Source: Thermodesulfobacteriota bacterium (GTDB lineage Bacteria; Desulfobacterota; Desulfobacteria; Desulfobacterales; C00003060). Taken from it: DNA of 64,000 bases. A program made the translations under genes and the position numbers. Position 1 is the stretch's first letter, and the number at the start of each line of letters is the position of its first letter. Shown piece after piece: positions 59,477 to 64,000 of this stretch. Location of the stretch: the NCBI GenBank assembly GCA_034189385.1, contig JAXHVD010000002.1:64001-128000 (forward strand), in the 5' to 3' direction. The notes under the pieces are model-generated. The model did no database searches. It saw nothing but the letters and a program-made list of their open reading frames with translations, and was not told the origin of the DNA.

Positions 59477-60930
59477 AGGAGTCCTTGGGTGGAACAGGTT
59501 TGATACTCAATGAGCCCCTCTTGTGGGAAAAGGGAAAGAAGGGAAGATCGGGTTTTTCTCTTCCAAGGCGGGACGTTGATTCCTTCCCTCTAGACGAGAA
59601 GCTCACAGGCGAAGGGCCTGACTTCCCCGATCTGAGCGAAGTGGACGTGGTGCGCCACTACACCAGGCTGGCCCAGTGGAATTTCGGGGTCGATACCGGC
59701 ATGTACCCTCTGGGGTCGTGCACCATGAAGTACAGTCCCAAGACAAACGAAAGACAGGCAAGCCTGCCAGGCCTTGCCGGAGCCCATCCCCTCATGCCGG
59801 CAAGCCTCTCTCAGGGGGCCCTTCAGATGATGTTTGCACTTGGGCAGTATCTTTCCGAAATCACCGGCATGGATGCCACTACCCTGCAACCTGCGGCCGG
59901 GGCCCACGGAGAGCTTACGGGCATGCTGCTCATTCACGCCTTTCACGAAAAGGGGGGCGGTGCCCGCTCTAAGATCATCGTGCCGGACACGGCCCACGGC
60001 ACAAATCCCGCCTCTGCCGCCCTTTGCGGTTATCGCCCTGTGCCCGTCGCATCAAATGACCAGGGGATCCTCTCCCTGGAAGCCATTTCCGAGGTCATGG
60101 ACGAAGAGACCGCCGGCATCATGGTGACCAACCCCAATACCCTGGGCCTTTTTGAAGAAAACATCCGACAGATAGCAGAGATCGTCCACGGCAAAGGCGG
60201 TCAGGTCTATTGTGACGGGGCAAACCTAAATGCCGTCATGGGGATCGTAAAGATGGGAGAGATCGGCGTAGACGTGATGCAGCTGAATCTGCATAAGACC
60301 TTTTCAACGCCCCACGGGGGGGGAGGGCCAGGTTCTGGTCCGGTGTGCGTGAAGAAGCACCTGGAGCCCTTTCTACCTGTTCCTCGGGTGACAAAGGAAC
60401 AGGGGGCCTACATCTTTTCCGAAGACTATCCTGATTCCATAGGCAAGGTGCAGGCCTTTTATGGCGCCTTTGGCGTCATGGTAAAGGCCTATAGCTATAT
60501 CCGCGCCATGGGTCCGGAGAACCTGAAAAAGGCGAGCCAGCTTGCAGTGTTGAACGCTAACTACGTTAAAGAGAGGCTGAAAGGGACCTTGCATCTTCCT
60601 TATGACAGACCCTGCATGCACGAATGCGTCTTCTCCGACAAGAACCAAGAGGCCCAGAAAATTGCTACTCTGGATATGGCCAAACGCCTTATGGACTACG
60701 GCTTTCATCCTCCCACTGTTTACTTCCCCCTGGTCGTACACGGTGCGATCATGGTGGAACCGACTGAGACGGAGTGCAAAGAGGACCTGGATCAGTTCAT
60801 TGAGGCCTTCAAGGCCATTGCCGAGGAGGCCAGAGAGAATCCGGACGTTCTCCACAAGGCCCCGAAAACCTGCAAGGTGAGAAGGCTGGATGAGGTAACG
60901 GCGGCCAGAAAGCCATGTCTTGCAGGGTGA
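59473..60930 (+). CDS. gcvPB: Glycine dehydrogenase subunit 2
   Basis: YPLGSCTMKY, QPAAGAHGE, NLHKTFSTPHGGGGPG, EPTETE. Confidence 0.96.
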   Translation: MKESLGGTGLILNEPLLWEKGKKGRSGFSLPRRDVDSFPLDEKLTGEGPDFPDLSEVDVVRHYTRLAQWNFGVDTGMYPLGSCTMKYSPKTNERQASLPGLAGAHPLMPASLSQGALQMMFALGQYLSEITGMDATTLQPAAGAHGELTGMLLIHAFHEKGGGARSKIIVPDTAHGTNPASAALCGYRPVPVASNDQGILSLEAISEVMDEETAGIMVTNPNTLGLFEENIRQIAEIVHGKGGQVYCDGANLNAVMGIVKMGEIGVDVMQLNLHKTFSTPHGGGGPGSGPVCVKKHLEPFLPVPRVTKEQGAYIFSEDYPDSIGKVQAFYGAFGVMVKAYSYIRAMGPENLKKASQLAVLNANYVKERLKGTLHLPYDRPCMHECVFSDKNQEAQKIATLDMAKRLMDYGFHPPTVYFPLVVHGAIMVEPTETECKEDLDQFIEAFKAIAEEARENPDVLHKAPKTCKVRRLDEVTAARKPCLAG

Positions 60931-60934
60931 GTCT

Positions 60935-61735
60935 ATGCCCTTTTTCAAAACCACTGATGCCTGCCGTCTCTACTACGAAACTCAAGGACTCGACTCAGAT
61001 AGACCGGTTGTTGTCTTTCTAAACGGCACCATGCAGAGCACGGTGAACTGGAAGGCCCATGTTGCAGCCCTGAGAGACCAGTTCCAGGTCCTTACGTACG
61101 ATGCCAGGGGCCAGGGACAAAGCGACTTGGGCAAGCAGAAGCTATCTCTGGAGGGCCATGCCGCAGACCTTGGTGCCTTGCTTGACCATCTGGAGATCAA
61201 AAAGGCCAACCTCGTGGGGCTGAGCCATGGGGCAAAGGTGGCCCTAGCCTACGCCGCCCATGCACCTGAGCGGGTCAACGGCCTTGTACTGTGCTGTGTC
61301 ACTGCTACGCTCACCCATCGTTCCAGGCTTTTTGTGCGGTCATGGTTGGAGACACTGAAAGAGGCCGGCCTTGAGGCCATGATATGGGCCTCTCTCCCCG
61401 TTGTCTTTGGAGAGGAATTCCTAAAGGCCAAAGAGAGGATTCTAAACGGATTAGTAAAGGCCACAGCAAGGAGAAACAGCAAACAGGCACTTACGGCCTT
61501 TCTTGAAGCCATCATTTCCTATCCTCCCTTGTCTCAGATAACCGGTGCTATCTCGATCCCTTCCCTTGTTATTTCGGCATCAGAAGATCCCATGATCACA
61601 GAAGAGGGGGCGAGAGAGCTTGCGAAGATTTGTGGCGGCAGGCATAAACAGGTGCCTGGGATAGGCCATTCTATTCCCAGCGAAGCGCCGGAGTTATTCA
61701 ACAAGACCGTACTGGAGTTTCTGTCAAAAACCTAA
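60935..61735 (+). CDS. Alpha/beta hydrolase (enol-lactonase/BioH-like fold)
   Basis: YDARGQGQS, GLSHG nucleophile elbow, EDP, GH. Confidence 0.85.
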   Translation: MPFFKTTDACRLYYETQGLDSDRPVVVFLNGTMQSTVNWKAHVAALRDQFQVLTYDARGQGQSDLGKQKLSLEGHAADLGALLDHLEIKKANLVGLSHGAKVALAYAAHAPERVNGLVLCCVTATLTHRSRLFVRSWLETLKEAGLEAMIWASLPVVFGEEFLKAKERILNGLVKATARRNSKQALTAFLEAIISYPPLSQITGAISIPSLVISASEDPMITEEGARELAKICGGRHKQVPGIGHSIPSEAPELFNKTVLEFLSKT

Positions 61736-62554
61736 GTGCTTATCGAGACTGTTTCCCATATGCTTGACCGGGTAGAGAAAAGCTGGATATGCGTTGAGCT
61801 CCCTGCCATGGATTACCGGGAAGTCTGGGATCTCCAAAGCCACCTTGTGGCGGCCAGAAAAGAGAGAGTCATTGACCGGGATCTTGTCTTGTTCGTGGAA
61901 CACCCTCCTGTCTTCACCCTTGGCAGCCACTGCGGGCTGAACAACCTGACGGTACCGCAGGGTTACTTGAAAAAGTCAGGAATTTCCGTGATCCGTGTGG
62001 AGCGGGGAGGAGACATTACCTTTCACGGGCCGGGCCAGCTTGTGGTGTATCCGATCATTGATCTGCGTGCCGCCCGGCTGCCGGTGACAGGACATATTGA
62101 GATGCTGGAAGAAGCCATGATTCAAACGGCCGAAGCGTGGGGTGTGCAGGCTGAAAGGAATCGAAGAAACAGAGGGGTTTGGGTAGGAGCGAACAAGCTG
62201 GGAAGCGTTGGCATCGCCGTCCGCCATGGGATTTGTTTTCACGGCATGGCCTTTAACGTCAATGTCTCACTGGAGCCCTTTGGATGGATGAACCCCTGCG
62301 GTCTAAAGGGTGTGGGGATCACATCCATGGAGCGGGAGCTTTCCAGGAAGATCTCCATGCATCGGGTCCGCGAGACCATGAAGCGTTCTATAGAAAGTGC
62401 TTACGGCGTTGAGCTTGTCATGACAAGCCTTGCGGCTCTGCCTGAGAGTGTTCGCCACAGACCCACACGGACGGGCGCAGACGGTTCTGCCGAAGGGCGG
62501 CAAAACAATAGGGCAAACACACACAGCAGCGGTGGTGACGCTTATGCTCCCTAA
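61736..62554 (+). CDS. lipB: Octanoyltransferase; C-terminus runs into a repeat element
   Basis: EHPPVFTLG, RGGDITFHGPGQ, KLGSVG, HGMAFN, NPCG. Confidence 0.92.
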   Translation: MLIETVSHMLDRVEKSWICVELPAMDYREVWDLQSHLVAARKERVIDRDLVLFVEHPPVFTLGSHCGLNNLTVPQGYLKKSGISVIRVERGGDITFHGPGQLVVYPIIDLRAARLPVTGHIEMLEEAMIQTAEAWGVQAERNRRNRGVWVGANKLGSVGIAVRHGICFHGMAFNVNVSLEPFGWMNPCGLKGVGITSMERELSRKISMHRVRETMKRSIESAYGVELVMTSLAALPESVRHRPTRTGADGSAEGRQNNRANTHSSGGDAYAP

Positions 62555-62603
62555 GCGAAAGCCGCAAGGGGCAGCCCCCGTTAGGTCGGTGTGGGTCTGT
62601 GGC
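62454..62603. repeat. 150-bp element with 15-bp perfect terminal inverted repeats
   Basis: GCCACAGACCCACAC (62454-62468) / GTGTGGGTCTGTGGC (62589-62603); internal TCTGCCGAAGG hairpin. Confidence 0.8.
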
Positions 62604-62614
62604 CATTAAGCAAA

Positions 62615-62977
62615 ATGGACATCAACCAAATTACCTACCAGATCAATGGAGCCATCTTCGAAGTGAACCGGGAACTCGGACCCGGATTTTTGGAAAAGGT
62701 CTATGAAAATGCTTTGTTGATCGAGCTAATGGACAGGGGGCTCGAGGCTGAGAATCAAGTCCCGATTAAGGTTACATACAAGGGCGAGGAAGTCGGGGAG
62801 TACTACTCAGATATCGTCGTTGAGAACCAGGTTATTATAGAGATCAAGGCCGTTGAGTGCCTACAGAAAGTTCATGAGGCCCAATTACTGAACTACCTTA
62901 AAGCATCAGGGTACAAGACCGGTCTTCTAGTCAATTTCACGTACCCTAAAGCAGAAATAAGGCGATTCATTCTATAA
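62615..62977 (+). CDS. GxxExxY protein (PD-(D/E)XK nuclease-like superfamily)
   Basis: LGPGFLEKVYE, DIVVE..VIIEIKA, AQLLNYLK, GLLVNF. Confidence 0.92.
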   Translation: MDINQITYQINGAIFEVNRELGPGFLEKVYENALLIELMDRGLEAENQVPIKVTYKGEEVGEYYSDIVVENQVIIEIKAVECLQKVHEAQLLNYLKASGYKTGLLVNFTYPKAEIRRFIL

Positions 62978-62996
62978 CTATTGACAAGATGTCCGT

Positions 62997-63054
62997 TTTT
63001 TCTGCCGAAGGTGGCAGAGAAAACTGTCTGTGTCCGTCGGTGTGGGTCTGTGGC
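62997..63054. repeat. Partial second copy of the repeat element downstream of GxxExxY
   Basis: TTTTTCTGCCGAAGGTGGCAGAGAAAA hairpin and GTCGGTGTGGGTCTGTGGC (63036-63054), identical to 62585-62603. Confidence 0.8.
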
Positions 63055-63070
63055 TAACTATAAATCAAAA

Positions 63071-63931
63071 ATGCACACACGAAAACCTCCCTGGTTGAAG
63101 GTAACTCTTCCCACAGGGCCAACATATGAAAACGTCAGGCGTCTTCTGAAGAAGAGCCGGCTTCATACGGTATGTCAGGAGGCCAAATGTCCGAACCTGT
63201 GGGAGTGCTTCTCACAAAAGACGGCAACGTTCCTAATCATGGGTCCCAATTGCACGCGCAATTGCCGGTTCTGTGCCGTGGGCCATGGCCCGTCAGGACC
63301 GCCTGACCCTAAAGAACCGGCCCGGGTGGCAGAAGCAGTAGAGGAGATGGGATTGCGCTATGTGGTCATCACCTCTGTCACCCGGGACGATCTTCCAGAC
63401 GGCGGGGCCAGTTTTTTTGCAGAGACCATCCATGAAATCCGCAAAAGGATTCCTCAGGTTCTTATTGAAGTTCTCATACCGGATTTTCAAGGAAATAGGG
63501 ATGCCCTTGAAGAAGTGATGAAGGCTCCCCCCGACGTCCTAAACCACAACATTGAGACCGTTCCCCGTTTATATCCTTTTGTTCGGCCAGAGGCGGTCTA
63601 TGAACGATCCCTTCAAGTGCTGGCCCATGCAAAAGGGTATAACCCTGTTATTCCTACCAAATCAGGCCTCATGCTCGGTCTGGGAGAGACTTCCGAAGAA
63701 GTGGAGAAGACACTCCAAGACCTTCTTGACACGCGTTGCACCATGCTTACCTTTGGACAGTATCTTCAACCCTCAAAGGAACATCTGCCCGTTGAACGGT
63801 TCGTACCTCCTGAGGAGTTTGATCGCTGGAAAGAAATAGCCCTTGAAAAGGGCTTTTCAGAAGTGGCCAGCGGGCCTTTTGTTCGCAGCTCCTATCATGC
63901 GAGAGAGCTGTATGAGGCTGCGAAGGTTTAA
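63071..63931 (+). CDS. lipA: Lipoyl synthase
   Basis: KPPWL, CQEAKCPNLWEC, CTRNCRFC, RDDLPDGGA, NHNIETV, VRSSYHA. Confidence 0.97.
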   Translation: MHTRKPPWLKVTLPTGPTYENVRRLLKKSRLHTVCQEAKCPNLWECFSQKTATFLIMGPNCTRNCRFCAVGHGPSGPPDPKEPARVAEAVEEMGLRYVVITSVTRDDLPDGGASFFAETIHEIRKRIPQVLIEVLIPDFQGNRDALEEVMKAPPDVLNHNIETVPRLYPFVRPEAVYERSLQVLAHAKGYNPVIPTKSGLMLGLGETSEEVEKTLQDLLDTRCTMLTFGQYLQPSKEHLPVERFVPPEEFDRWKEIALEKGFSEVASGPFVRSSYHARELYEAAKV

Positions 63932-64000
63932 CACGGACGAGAATCCCCCATAATTTTGGGAGGCGCCCTTACTATTTGACTCAAGGGCCAGTTATGGGGA

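Overview
This 64 kb window looks like chromosome from an anaerobic deltaproteobacterium (Desulfobacterales/Desulfatiglans-like). That assignment is inferred from the tetraheme cytochrome c3, sigma-54 regulators, SEC-C MetAP and GcvT-SHMT fusion. In order, it contains: (1) 1-10.8 kb, an osmoprotectant ABC permease and MarR gene, then an operon of two short non-pyrrolysine MttB-like proteins, two AsnB-like proteins (one lacking the glutaminase Cys), a sarcosine-oxidase-beta-like flavoprotein, an MBL hydrolase and a stand-alone nitrilase; (2) a hybrid kinase and a 1.6 kb gap with small Cys-rich ORFs and an AT-rich palindrome; (3) an ECF sigma/anti-sigma module, cytochrome c3, AKR, map, queG, rnz, copZ/copA, two-component genes, a YeiH transporter and a radical SAM gene; (4) carA-guaA-carB-purF-kdsB-(1229-aa glmS-like)-pyrG; (5) an unannotated three-gene module at 46.9-53.0 kb, with two paralogous membrane proteins (exosortase-like TM region plus two GIFT/DUF4350-like domains each) and a secreted protein ending in a Thr-Cys repeat core behind a perfect 26-bp palindrome; (6) the gcvT-glyA fusion, gcvH/PA/PB, a hydrolase, lipB, a repeat-flanked GxxExxY gene and lipA. 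Module (5) is the best candidate for an undescribed system, and cluster (1) is second. No rRNA, tRNA or CRISPR array was recognised. All family calls are by motif recognition, with no database search.
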